64,000 bases of DNA from Macrostomum lignano (taxonomy: Eukaryota), in assembly GCA_002269645.1 (NCBI GenBank), contig NIVC01000045.1, positions 484,892 through 548,891 of the forward strand, in the 5' to 3' direction. Position numbers and translations under genes: made by a program. Positions 14,757 through 27,184 of the stretch are shown here, piece by piece (the stretch's first letter is position 1; every line of letters starts with the position of its first letter). The notes beneath the pieces are model-generated. The model saw only the letters and a program-made list of their open reading frames with translations, did not search any database and had not been told where the DNA came from.

Positions 14757-15336
14757 CCAAATGTATGTTATGATAGGCCTACCAATATTTTGCATCATTT
14801 ATACCTAATAGAAAATAATAAGAACTAAAAGAGATGTAGCCATGATTACAAAAATCACATAATTAAAGCTTACTAGAGCATAATCCTTATATTCACTTTT
14901 ATTATATTCCATATACTAAAAATTATGATATCTTTTAAATAGAAAAATTATTAACAATGCATTATAAAATAAAAATGAGAAGGGAGAATATAAGAGTGAA
15001 AATGAAAATGAGGAAGAATAATATAAGAATCAGATATAGGTTTTTAATTTGTAGGTCTTTCATTTCTTTGCCACACCTGTTTATTTTTATTTTATAATAT
15101 ATTATTATTACCAAATTGTCCATTTAGGATATTATATAATGAAAGTTAATATAGGCCTAAGGATTATGCTTTAGAGTCTAGTAAGCTTGCCAATTATGGT
15201 GAGCTTGCATGCATGGTAGCCATCCCACCTAGTGTTTTAATTGCATGCATGGCAATAGGGCTTAGGCAGTTGGCCCTTGTATAAATCTAATCTGCACATT
15301 GCTACTAACTAAACCTAATTAAAATTATTATTACTA

Positions 15337-15783
15337 TGGCAGTTGTTATTTGTCTGGTGACCGGAGGAATAGCCTTTTTGCTATTTGTCCGGTTAAATTG
15401 CTAACACAAATATCTTATTGTTTCGTGATGAATATTCTAGACTTTTAAGACCTTTTCTTATATACTGATTAATATTTCTTGTATTACTTGAGTGTAAGCA
15501 AAGCAGTGTATTCAATTCGGCATAATTTGGTGTATAAAAACACACACTAGTATAACAATATAAAAATAAAGACAAGAGTAAGAAGTCTTTTAAGTCTAGG
15601 AATATTTACCGTTGTGGTTTTATAAACTAGATATTTTAGCATTATCAATTTAACCGGACAAATAACAAAATGTCTATTTATCCAGTATTAACCAGATGAA
15701 TAGGAAAGCATGGTCAGGATCTAGTAACCGGACAAATAACCACATCGCTATTCGTCCGGTCACCAAACAAATAACAACTGCCT
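15337..15783. mobile_element. MITE with TIR ggcagttgttatttgt(c/t)tggtgaccgga, nested inside a second inverted-repeat pair (15203-15260 / 15900-15960)
   Basis: About 35-bp TIRs with (t)attacta duplicated on both flanks. Outer IR: gcatggtagccatcccacctagtgttttaattgc versus gcaattaaaacactgggtggatggctgccatgc. Confidence 0.65.
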
Positions 15784-16585
15784 ATTACTATATTGTTTTG
15801 TTTTATCCATGTACAATTATATATACCTAATAAAATCTCAATTCATTGCTATTTTTATTAATTTAAATGTTAATTCAAATAGTATGACTTAGTGACTAAG
15901 ATATGGCTGCCATGCAGGCAATTAAAACACTGGGTGGATGGCTGCCATGCATATAAGCTCTTTGTTGCAATTAAGATTTTTGCCATTTTCTTATCTGTTT
16001 CAACTCTTACTATTTTCCATTGGGTATAATATAATGAAATTGACACTAATAATCAATTGGGCTGTGGGTATCATGAGATGAAAAAATGCCAATATAAAAT
16101 CATAGGCCTCTTTGGCTAGAAGGTCTAATTTCAAGATGAATTTTGATAGTCAAATGTGATTGTATCCCTACTGCACACAAATAAACTAAGCTAGTCTAGT
16201 CCATAGACTAAAACAATTTGTAAACTAAACAATAATTAGGCTACCAAAATCAAGGGCTTTTTAAACTTTATAGGGCCTAACAGGGTTTTTTTTTGTGCGC
16301 AGAGTGTGCGTATGCACCCTAAATTTTAAAATCGCACCCTGAAATTAAAAAAGTAGGTGCGGTTTAGGTGCGGTCTTATAACCATTTTTCTTTAAAGGCT
16401 TAACCATGCTTAAGCTATTTTTTATGCACTGCCTTAAAATATGAAACAAAATAACTCTTTAAATCCTATTAAGTCATATAGGCGATATAGCCTATAGCTA
16501 TAGCCTTATGTAAGATATTAAAATATACATTCCCAGTTGTCTGAAATGTGAGCAATGTGAGGGTTTCACGAGAGATATTCAGACA

Positions 16586-16956
16586 AAGGCTCCCTAAAAC
16601 ACGCCCCGCACCGGGCCCCGAACTGCTACACATTATAACATTTTTTGTCAATGCAGTATTTGATTGCAAGGAAAAGTTAAAATAGTAATGGAATGAATAT
16701 CTTTGTTTATTTTTTTAAATATTATTATTTTTATATTCTCGTTTTCATTATTTAATTATAATATTATTATTTTATTAATATTATTATTAATATCACTTAT
16801 TGTTCACCGAATTTTATATTTCAAAGTAAAAAAACTAAATTTAATAAAAACTTGAAGCTTAACAGAAAACGCATTCTGAAGTGTCTTTAGTTATAGTCCA
16901 ATTTGTTTTAATGTGTAGCGCTGCGGGGCGGTGCGGGGCGTGTTTTAGGGAGACCC
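16586..16956. mobile_element. 371-bp MULE-like MITE inserted in the left arm of the hAT-like element
   Basis: TIR ctccctaaaacacgccccgcaccg and its reverse complement; 9-bp TSD attcagaca (16577-16585, 16957-16965). The right arm preserves the uninterrupted target. Confidence 0.8.
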
Positions 16957-17460
16957 ATTCAGACAGACATTCGAGATGATTGTCTGTAACTTCAAACAAA
17001 ATTGACCTGCTTCAACCATCTTTTTGGCAAATATTTACGCAAGTGTTGGGCGTCGAATAAGCTTTAATTTATTAACTGAAGTAAAAATCCTTCTGACATA
17101 CATTGATTTAAAAATTGCTTAGCAACACTAGCTCTGATTAGAAATCGCTTTACTGTTGACTAAAATTGTTTTGATCGTAGCAGCCTAAAAGCAGATACTG
17201 GATTTAAAAATGCTTCGATTTACTCTATACGCATGTCTCAGCTTTAAAATGACACCTCAGGCGTCGCAAAAGACAGCTTTGATGCTGAGATATTCGACAC
17301 TAAACATGCATTGCTTTGCGCAATCTCACATTCAGAAATTTCACTGATTTTTATTCAATATTTGTTCAGATGCTTGTCTACTTCTCCATTTATTAACCAT
17401 CGCATGGAGCCTTGCTAATGTACAAGTGTATGTAGTTACAGTAAATGGGGTTTTTGTGAC

Positions 17461-17877
17461 TCACTTAAACTTGTTTACGCATTCTGCAGCTATTCGCCGC
17501 CTTTCATTGGAGTGATTCATGGAGTCCAGTTGATAAATTTCCACAAATTGGACTGCTTCTACGTCAGATCTCAACATTTGGAACCGTCCTTGAACTATTT
17601 CAGAGTTAAGTGAGCTAATGGCATCAAATGGAAGGCTAGTGCTCGTACTTGTAAGCGAAGCAGGTTCACAATTGAAATGGTTGTATTCATGGCCATGGGA
17701 TCTAAACTGATGTTTTACTTTCACGATCGCTTTGGTCTCAGAAGGAGCAGCAGTTGATGGACTGAGGTGAGAAGAAGATGTGTCACGACTTGAGCTGTTT
17801 TTAGAAAATATCTTTATCCAATTAAATATTTTCATGCGGCTCCTTAGGTTGTTCAGAATTCCGAGTCTAGAAGTCAA
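17461..17877 (-). CDS. Orphan 138-codon ORF in the core of the hAT-like element (no ATG start; unknown)
   Basis: Open frame in non-repetitive sequence between the inverted arms; no recognisable domain. Confidence 0.2.
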   Translation of the reverse strand: MTSRLGILNNLRSRMKIFNWIKIFSKNSSSRDTSSSHLSPSTAAPSETKAIVKVKHQFRSHGHEYNHFNCEPASLTSTSTSLPFDAISSLNSEIVQGRFQMLRSDVEAVQFVEIYQLDSMNHSNERRRIAAECVNKFK

Positions 17878-20362
17878 GACAGAAAAAAAGTTAAGAACTG
17901 CTACTATAGTCCGTAGGGATTGGAAAGCTTAGCAGTACATTAGAAATCGCCAGTTCAATCTAAAAAGTTTGAAGTACATATATCTATTGGGTTGCAACAA
18001 CAGTAGAAAAAATTCTTCCTTTTTATTTTATTCCCACCGCTTACCTCATTCCGATTTGGATAGCAGAATTGCCACGCAAAAAAAGTAAAAACATAACAAT
18101 AAACTATTTGCTTCATATTAATTGCCATTGACTGTTAATAAACGCGACGTCAATTTCTCTCAATAACAGTTGGAACATGTTTCTCGTACACTCGTATATT
18201 TATTTGAACCACAAAGCGGTGAAAAAGTCATGATTGGTTGCCATATGTACAAATGTACACTCATAGACTCACTGACTCAGGTACAATCTATGCAATATAA
18301 AGGCAGGAATCATTAAAAATCAAATACTTAAGACAGTTTAAGAGAAGTCCAGGTTTAAACTGGACATGACTAGAATTTGACAAGTTTCTGATGAAAAACA
18401 AGGACACGGCAACCGCACAAATATCGACAAAAAATCAGTGAAATTTCCAAATGTGAGATTGCGCAAAGCAATGCATGTTTAGTGTCGAATATCTCAGCAT
18501 CAAAGCTGTCTTTTGCGACGCCTGAGGTGTCATTTTAAAGCTGAGACATGCGTATAGAGTAAATCGAAGCATTTTTAAATCCAGTATCTGCTTTTAGGCT
18601 GCTACGATCAAAACAATTTTAGTCAACAGTAAAGCGATTTCTAATCAGAGCTAGTGTTGCTAAGCAATTTTTAAATCAATGTATGTCAGAAGGATTTTTA
18701 CTTCAGTTAATAAATTAAAGCTTATTCGACGCCCAACACTTGCGTAAGTATTTGCCAAAAAGATGGTTGAAGCGGGTCAATTTTGTTTAAAGTTACAGAC
18801 GATCGTTTCGAATGTCTGTCTGAATATCTCTCGTGAAACCCTCACATTCTAAACAAGACTCAAGAGAAATTGCACTCTGAGCCTTAAAATCGCACCTTGA
18901 AATTTGGCACAAGGTGCGATTTCGCACCTTATCTCTGGCGAAAAAAAAAACCCAGGGGCCTAAGCCCTATTCTAAACTCAAGTCTCATGCATCCTGTATG
19001 TAGCATGCAAGGCAATAAAAATCTAGGATATTATATAATAATTTTTTTCATGATCTACTTTTTGACTTTGAAGGTATACCTCATGACATTAAAATGAAAC
19101 AAACTAGGGCTTATGGCTATACAAAATATTGTTGGTTAAGGCAAGACTCAAGAGCAATCAAATTGAAAGATTTAGGTAGGCCTAATAAAAAAATTTAAAT
19201 CACGTCTAAATCACATTGCATCATTTAGATAATATAATTTCAGGCCAATTGAAATCGTGCAAACATGCTCCTGCAGATACACTTGTCTTATTTTGTTTTT
19301 AGCCAATGCCAATGCCAATGCAATGTCAATGAAGGTATCAGCTTAAAACTGAATATAAAATAATGACTGAAAACGAAAATATTAAATAAAAACTTTTTAA
19401 TTGATAATAAGCAGAAAAGCAATAGAGAAAATTATTGTGGTATTGCACTGAGAAAATAATTGCAGAGTTGTATCAACGTTTGCAGTACTACAGCAACTAC
19501 AAAAAACAAATCGCGCGGCGAACAAATATTTTTCGTTTCAAACAGACAGCACTTATTGTCCAAATTGACTGTATGCATTAAACCAAAATAAACGCACAAA
19601 ATTATTTAAACTTGTGAACTTCGTAAATATAATCAAGGCGTAATCTTTACTGTATATAACATATTGTAAAATCTTGAACAGAATTTTATTTAGACGTAGT
19701 ATAGGTCCTAGAAAATCTTGTCGTGAACTCGCATGCAGCAGATTAGAAAAGGTTTCTTGTGTGGCTTCCGGAGACAGGGATAGTCACTGCTAAATCTGAA
19801 GAGAATTGCATGATCGCGCTAGAAGAAAAAACGGACTTTTAGAGAACTGGCTTCAAGGATTTAGATCGACCAGGGTCCAGCTTTTTGGTTTCAACTAAAC
19901 ATTTTTTTATTTACTGCTGCAATTGAGAGTTTGTCTACTGATATATTTTCGCCTTATTCCGCCATGTAGCGAAAAGTGTGTTGTGCCCGGTCGCACTTGC
20001 ACCGATGAGCAATCTCTGGCTCTCGGTCAAAGTGTGCCCGGCTCTGCACTCCCACCGCCCCCGGCCGCGTGCCTGCGCCAACCCCCCCCCCTTTCTGTCT
20101 GCGTCAACCCCCTCCAGTTGCACCCACCCCACTGCCTGTTAGGCCAGCCGGCTTTGGCTGGCTGCGGCTCCAGTGCGCCCCCTCGCTCACCCTGCGATTG
20201 GCTGGTGGTCCAGCAGCCAATCGGTTTGTTTCCTCTCCCCAATCGCGACCCCAACAATTGTAATTCTCTTTCTTTGTTGGATAAGACGATCGTAACTTTA
20301 GCTAGCTGGGCCTGGGGTAGCGATTCCCCAGGGCTTAACCAGCTAGCACAAATATAAATATA

Positions 20363-20708
20363 TGTAGCTAGGAGCGGCAGTAGGGGATCGGCATCTCTCT
20401 CTCTTTCCTTGGAACTGTGCAAGTCAAGGCCATAAGTCTAATACTGCAATCCAGATACCTGTCTATTCTATAAACTGAAGAGAGAACATTGAGAGAAGCC
20501 ACCGCTGTTACCCGAAGAAACAGAGTGAGTCGCGTGTCTTCCTTATTTAAGGGACTGGCGGGAATTAATCTGTGCATTAGGGACGGGCTGATTAAGTCTC
20601 CTGACGTGATCCCCCGCTCAGGGTCCGAAGTCAGTCCGGCCAGTTGACTGACGCCATCTTCAGCTCGTTCACTGTGATAGTCAGGGTAGTGATCCGGCCT
20701 ATAGCACA
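20363..20708 (-). mobile_element. Possible solo-LTR-like segment
   Basis: On the minus strand it starts TGTGCTA and ends TAGCTACA, with an internal TATA-like cttaaataagg followed by a CT-rich tract. No matching TSD found. Confidence 0.3.
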
Positions 20709-21266
20709 ACAAGTGCAATCAGCAGGCTTGACCTGTCATGCAGCCGCTGATAAAGAAGCAAATCTAGGTACAAATTAGGAGCGCTCCCTGAACATATGCA
20801 GCTGCAAACATATGCATATCACGAACATATGCAGCTGCATGCCATCAGGGTGCGTGTTACGTCGCGACATCGCAGCAATTACACTGCAAATCATGCATTG
20901 CCCGAAGGTTCTGAAGAAGGGTCGGGGATGACTGTAGCCCCAGTTCACAATACTTATTATAAATAAATTTAAGTAAAACTGCATCGACTGATATAGCTGC
21001 ATATCATTTTAATTTAGATTGTAATTCGCCATTCGATCATACATGTACACGCATAAAATAATTATACATTGACGTACGCAGATGCAGCTGGAATTAAGAG
21101 TATACATATAGAATTTACCGGTCGACAAAAATTGTCTATGTAAAAAGACCCGAACTCTGATTTGTCTTTCTCTCGCCGTTCATCGAAATTTCAAATTTGC
21201 AATTCAAAGTTTTTTATAACGTTAACTAATTATAGACAAATTCGTTTACAAAAATTGAGTATAGGA

Positions 21267-23556
21267 ATGCCAAAGTACCTGACCATATTAAGCTCGGACG
21301 ATCAGGACACGCTGAACCAGCCCAGCTGCTTCAAGCTGGTGCTGTTCTACGCCAAGATTGACAACAATCTGCTGCTGAAGCGCACAGTGCCGCAGCTGCA
21401 GTACATCGCGGCCAGATATGTGGTGCGTTATCCGCACGTCAAGTTCTACATGATCAACAGGCAGATTAACGACAAACCTGTGATGGAGCTGTCAACCCAC
21501 GTTTGTGAGTTTGGACACCAATTTGTGACAATATTGAGCGAGGTCTCTTTAACTGCAACTCCATCAAAAGAGACAGAGGTGTCCACCAGGAGACAGGGGC
21601 GACCACCAAGAGACAAGGGCGACCACCAAAAGACAGGGGTGCCCACCAAGAGACAGAGGTGTCCACCAGGAGACAAGGGCGACCACCAAAAGACAGAGGT
21701 GCCCACCAACACACCAAAAGACAGAGGTGCCCACCAACACACCAAAAGACAGAGGTGCCCATCAACACACCAAAAGACAGAGGTGCCCACCAACACACCA
21801 AAAGACAGAGGTGCCCACCAACACACCAAAAGACAGAGGTGCCCACCAACACACCAAAAGACAGAGGTGCCCACCAACACACCAAAAGACAGAGGTGCCC
21901 ACCAACACACCAAAAGACAGAGGTGCCCATCAACACACCAAAAGACAGAGGTGCCCACCAACACACCAAAAGACAGAGGTGCCCACCAACACACCAAAAG
22001 ACAGAGGTGCCCACCAACACACCAAAAGACAGAGGTGCCCACCAACACACCAAAAGACAGAGGTGCCCACCAACACACCAAAAGACAGAGGTGCCCACCA
22101 ACACACCAAAAGACAGAGGTGCCCACCAACACACCAAAAGACAGAGGTGCCCACCAACACACCAAAAGACAGAGGTGCCCACCAACAGACGGGGCGACCA
22201 CCAAAAGACAGGGACGCCCACCAGGAGACAGTGGCGCCCACCAACCATGTTGTCAAATATTGGCGCCCCTAAACTAGGGGTTGCAGGCCCTTCAATAAAA
22301 ATTCATGCGCGCATGCATGCACCACTTCATTGATCGGATGTGAAATCTTGAACGCATTTTACATGAGGGGCGCTGAATCTTAATAAAAAAACTCAAGAAA
22401 GTCTCTGAATCTTGGAAAAGCCCCGATGAATCTCGTGGAATCCAATAGTAAATCCTTACGTCTCGGCTGGGTAGTCTAATTTTTGAAAGCCACAGAGCTA
22501 GAATCTCGGGCTTTCTCAGTTAGTAATCGCAGGAGGTCTCAGAGAATCTCAAGATATCTGGGAGAATCTCAAAAAAAAAAAATCTGGGAGAATCTCAAGA
22601 AATCTGGGAGAATCTCAAAAAAGGATCATGGGAGAATTTCAAGAAATCTGGAAGAATCTCAAGAAACCTGGGAGATTCTCAACAAATCTGGGAGAATCTC
22701 AAGAAATCTGGGAGAATCTCTAAAAAAATCTTGGAGAATCTCAAGAAATCTGGGAGAATCTCAAAAAAATCATGGGAGAATTTCAAGAAATCTGAAAGAA
22801 TCTCAAGAAATCTGGGAGATTCTCAAAAAAATCATGGAAGAATTTCAAGAAATCTGGGATAATCTCAAGAAATCTGGGAGAATCTCAATAAATCTGGGAG
22901 AATCTCAATAAATCTGGGAGAATCTCAATAAATCAGGGATAATCTCAATAAATCTGGGAGAATCTCAAGAAATCTGGGAGAATCTCAAGAAATCTGGGAG
23001 AATCTCAATAAATCTGGGATAATCTCAATAAATCTGGGAGAATCTCAAGAAATCTGGGAGAATCTCAAGAAATCTGGGATAATCTCAAGAAATCTGGGAG
23101 AATCTCAACAAGTCTGGGAGAATCTCAAGAAATCTTTGAGAGTCTCAAGAAGTCTCGGAGAGTGTTAAGAAGTTTGGGAGAATCTCAGGAAATCTGGGAG
23201 AGTCTGAATAAATGTATGGAGAATCACAAGAAGCTCCAGAAAATCCCAGGAAATTCTGTGAGCACTCGAATACATCTCAGAAAAGTGGGGATTTTCAAAT
23301 GAATGGGAATATCTCGCAATCTGCCTGAACTGCAGCCCCCTCCCAGGCTCTGTGCATCCAGTTCGTATTCTGGTCCACAATTCGGCCAATCAGCTACGGC
23401 GGTTCGTTGAAGTCGGCCAACTTTGTTGAAGAGCTGTGCGACTTCCTGGAGAGCATCATGGAGAACATTAAATCCGTGCTGGCCACGAACGACGCCCTGC
23501 TCAAAGCTATCGATGCACCCGACACGGAAATGGTGGAGAAGTCGGAGAAATCTTGA
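21267..23556 (+). CDS. Thioredoxin-fold-like protein without CxxC, 2 exons (21267-21504, 23336-23556), 152 aa
   Basis: MPKYLTILSSDDQDTLNQPSCFKLVLFYAKIDNNLLLKRTVPQLQYIAARYVVRYPHVKFYMIN..ELSTHV|SPSQALCIQFVFWSTIRPISYGGSLKSANFVEELCDFLESIM.. The phase-1 gtgagt donor joins the ctgcag acceptor in frame. The beta-alpha pattern (LVLFYA, YPHVKFY) resembles thioredoxin. Confidence 0.55.
21585..22245. repeat. Minisatellite of 20-bp (ccaccaagagacagggcg-type) then 28-bp units (ccaccaacacaccaaaagacagaggtgc)
   Basis: Tandem units in the intron; reverse complement of the family at 23855-25290. Confidence 0.95.
22540..23260. repeat. 20-bp minisatellite (gaaatctgggagaatctcaa)
   Basis: About 33 degenerate tandem units. 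Confidence 0.95.
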
Positions 23557-23854
23557 AATGGAATTGTTATTGTTTCGATATAATTACTACTAGCTTACTA
23601 ACAGTAGACTATTTCGCAAAAAATGACAATAAATGACAAAAGCCCACAAATGGACCCAAGCGGCATATGAATTAGCTATCAAGACTTTTAATTGCTATTA
23701 GTCATCACGGATGATGTCTTCCCAGATGTATACACATTTTAAGAGAATGTGGCATTTTTCTGTCTATACTCTTTACTGTTAGTAGTAGGTATGGGCCTTT
23801 AGTTTCTGAGAAGGCAGTTCATTGCTTGCTAGCATTGTCGTAAGCCCTTTATAT

Positions 23855-25290
23855 TGGGCGCCTCTATCTTTTAGTCGGCGTCCCTGTCTCTTGGTGGGCG
23901 CCCCTGTCTCTTGGTTGGCGCCCCCTGTCTCTTGGTGGGCGCCCCTGTCTCTTGGTGGGCGCCCCTGTCTCTTGGTGGGCGCCCCTGTCTCTTGGTGGGC
24001 GCCCCTGTCTCTTGGTTGGCGCCCCTGTCTTTCAGTGGGCGCGCCTGTCTCATGATGGGCGCCGCAGTCTCATGGTGGGCGCCCCTGTCTCTTGGTGGGC
24101 GCCCCTGTCTCTTGGTGGGCGCCCCTGTCTCATGATGGGCGCCGCAGTCTCATGGTGGGCGCCCCTGTCTCTTGGTTGGTGCCCCCCTGTCTCACGGTGG
24201 GCGCCCCTGTCTCTTGGTGGGCGCCCCTGTCTCTTGGTTGGCGCCCCTGTCTCTTGGTGGGCGCCCCTGTCTCTTACTTACTTACTTACTACTGACGGGG
24301 GGCGCAGGCGCCGCGAATAGGCCGCGAGGCCCCTATCGCAACCCCAAGGTAAAAGAGCACAAGGATTAACCTTGGGGGTGCGCCCAGTCCCCGCCAGTAG
24401 TCGGCAGGTTCGCAGTGGAGGCATCGGCGACCCTCATCCGGCCGGAGTTCCGGACGAAGGCGCGCAGGTCACGGATATTGTCCGGGGTGGTCAGCTCGTC
24501 CATCTGCTGGGGGTGGCCGAGGTATTTGTGCCGCGCCTTGTTGAAGTAAGGGCAGAAAGTGACGTGATGCTCCGCGGTCTCCTCTCCTATGCCACAGAAA
24601 GGACAGGTGGGAGGGCAACCGGTTTGCAACGATATATGTCTCTGGAAGAATCCATGGCCGGTTAGGGCCATGCACATCTCCCCGAGGTCAATTCTGTTAA
24701 GCGAAATCAGATAATCAGAGACTTTCCTGTTCAGGTTAGGCATGGCAGAGCGGCTCTGCCTGTACTCGGTGCAGCTGTTCCAGTGGAGCTGGTGCTGCTG
24801 ATGGAGCCACCTGTTGATATGGCGGGTGACTTGCGACCTGGGAGTGGGTAGCCACATCAGACGGTGGTTGCCGTCTGGGTTGCTGCCCTCCTTGGCGAGA
24901 GAGTCCGCGAGCTCATTGCCCAGGATGTTGCTGTGCCCGGGTGTCCAGATAATTCTAATCCTGTTAAGGACTGAGAGGGATTGCACACTGCGGTGGCATT
25001 GAGATACTGTAGCAGCGGAGATATTCTCAGCGGTTAAGGCCTTAATAGCGGCTTGGCTATCAGTGTAAAAGTTAATATCGAAGTTATTAATGTTCGCCTG
25101 GAGCAGGTGCTGGGCACACTGCTCAATGGCGTAAATTTCAGCTTGGAAAACCGAGGTGCAGACTTTCCTGGAAGAGCATCTTACCCTCGTGGAAAATTAC
25201 CCCTGTATCTTGTTGGGTGCCCTGTTTCTTGGTGGGCGCCCCTGTCTCTTAGTAGGCGCCTCTGTCTCATGGTGGGCACCCCTGTCTCAC
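23855..25290. repeat. 20-bp minisatellite (cttggtgggcgcccctgtct) interrupted by a retrotransposon
   Basis: Units at 23860-24275 resume at 25200-25290. Confidence 0.9.
24276..25200 (-). mobile_element. 5'-truncated non-LTR retrotransposon 3' end (RNase H plus Cys/His zinc-binding motif, (GTAA)n tail)
   Basis: Minus frame [54 protein letters not shown] is a cellular-type RNase H. It is followed by [21 protein letters not shown]. Tail agtaagtaagtaagtaag; ccctgt(c/a)tctt on both flanks. Confidence 0.9.
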
Positions 25291-25827
25291 GGTTCAAGCC
25301 AATAATTCAGTACGAATTAGAAACTGAAAGCTACCTCAACTCTCGCTAATGCAGTTCGCAGAAAAAACACTGGCTCAGTTCAGTCTTTTTTGTCTTAGGC
25401 GATGCTCATGTACACTAGCTACTCAATTTGATGCGGTTGGCAACGATGCAAGATATTTTAAAAAGCACCGTACACCCCAAATGAAGCTGCAATATTGCTC
25501 CAGGACTGGGTCGATACTATCAGGTAGGGCGTTACGCTTGTATACTTTGTGCTCTCTGTAGTATAACAAATATTTGCGCTTTCGGATGAGAAATTTTTAC
25601 GGTTCACTGAGTCAGAAAGGGTCGATTTCGATATCTGATGCTATTTTTAGATTTTCAATAATCAGCCGTCAACAAAACGATAATTGCTATTCATAAACAG
25701 CAGCTAATGTAGAGCGGATACACATTCTTTAGAGCAGCAAAGTTTTTGAAATTGATTTTTTTATTTTACGACGCTTTAGTTAAGTCGAAAGACAAACGAA
25801 AAACCACTGCATTTTACGCTCGTAGAC

Positions 25828-26365
25828 TCTGTCAGACATGTCACAATCTGTGTCAGATGTATCACAATCTGTGTCGGAGGTGCATCACAATCTGTGTCAG
25901 ATGTATCACAATCTGTGTCGGAGGTGCATCACAATCTGTGTCAGACATATCACAATCTGTGTCAGATGCATCACAATCTGTGTCAGAGGCAGCACAATCT
26001 CTGTCAGATTCATTACAATCTGTGTCAGATTCATCACAATCTGTGTCAGATGCATCACAATCTGTGTCAGATGCATCACAATCTGTGTCAGATGCATCAC
26101 AATCTGTGTCAGAGGCATCGCAAACTGTGTCAGACATATCACAATCTGTGTCAGATGCATCACAATCTGTGTCAGAGGCATCGCAAACTGTGTCAGACAT
26201 ATCACAATCTGTGTCAGATGCATCACAATCTGTGTCAGAGGTGCATCACAATCTGTGTCAGACATATCACAATCTGTGTCAGATGCATCACAATCTGTGT
26301 CAGAGGCATCACAATCTGTGTCAGAGGCATCACAATCTGTGTCAGACACATCACAATCTGTGTCT
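25828..26365. repeat. 21-bp minisatellite (tcacaatctgtgtcagatg[c/t]a)
   Basis: About 25 units; same family as 30940-32090. Confidence 0.95.
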
Positions 26366-27184
26366 AGGGTACGCCTTAGCGCAACCCATATCAAAAGATG
26401 AGCATTGGGTCTGCCTCCTATCAAAAGTAATTACAAAATTTGTGCTAAAAAATAGAAAAAATCTGATTTTCTATTTTTCGGTGAAACCTGTCTCCAAAAG
26501 TTTTCCAAGAAACGAAGTCTTTCGTCCGTTCTCTTCTACTTAAGCATTCCTTGTCTGATAAGCATACAACAGGGTTGTTTTACAAGTCTGTGTTTTTGTT
26601 AAAAATGTATAGGTAATCTGTTTAGAAAATGACATGGCAAAAATGCAGGAATTCAAGCAAAGTCTGTCCTGCTGTTAAAGAAGAGAATTTTTTACCTGTA
26701 GACAAACCCGCATTGGAATTTCCTAAGCCCATGTCAGTAAGTCATAATTACAGACATGATCATCATCCTTCAGCTGCCGTTGTCAGGGGAACCCGAGAGG
26801 AAGTCGCGGATGAAAAGGTATATGCGTGGGTGATTAGAGGAAGATTTTTCGGAGAGTTGATGTTAGCGAAAATAGTGAAATAGGCACGAACTGAGCAGGG
26901 TTAGCAGAAGTACATCCTCGGTGGAGAGTTATATTAATTCCTAGAATTTGCTTTCGCTGACTGACTGTCGGATAATTACAGTTCAGAACGGAAGTGGTAA
27001 TTACGAAAGCAAAAAACCTATTAATAAACCAAATGATTATCCTGCCTTTTGACGGGGATAATTGGGCTTTGGTAAAAAATATTTTGAGTAATGTTTGCTT
27101 AGAAATGATGAAGAAAAGCTTTGCAATTAGCAGCAAATGAAAGTTTAAAGAGGCTATGACTAAGAATAATGACTATATTTACAT

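Larger units (their letters stand above)
16281..18955. mobile_element. Non-autonomous hAT-like DNA transposon with long internal inverted arms
   Basis: 8-bp TSD gggcctaa (16273-16280, 18956-18963). Termini CAGGGTTTTTTT / AAAAAAACCCAG; subterminal cgcacc/ggtgcg motifs. Near-identical ~420-bp inverted arms at 16554-17352 and 18430-18848. Confidence 0.75.

Noticed and set aside
16105-16125. Resemblance to the U2 snRNA 5' end (ggcctctttggctag)
   Set aside because: Too short and mismatched; no branch-pairing sequence or Sm site follows.
26834-26960. Possible RT-like motif (NPAQFVPISLFSLTSTLRKIF)
   Set aside because: Only a faint resemblance to PxNYRPISLTS; the frame stops immediately and no further RT motifs follow.
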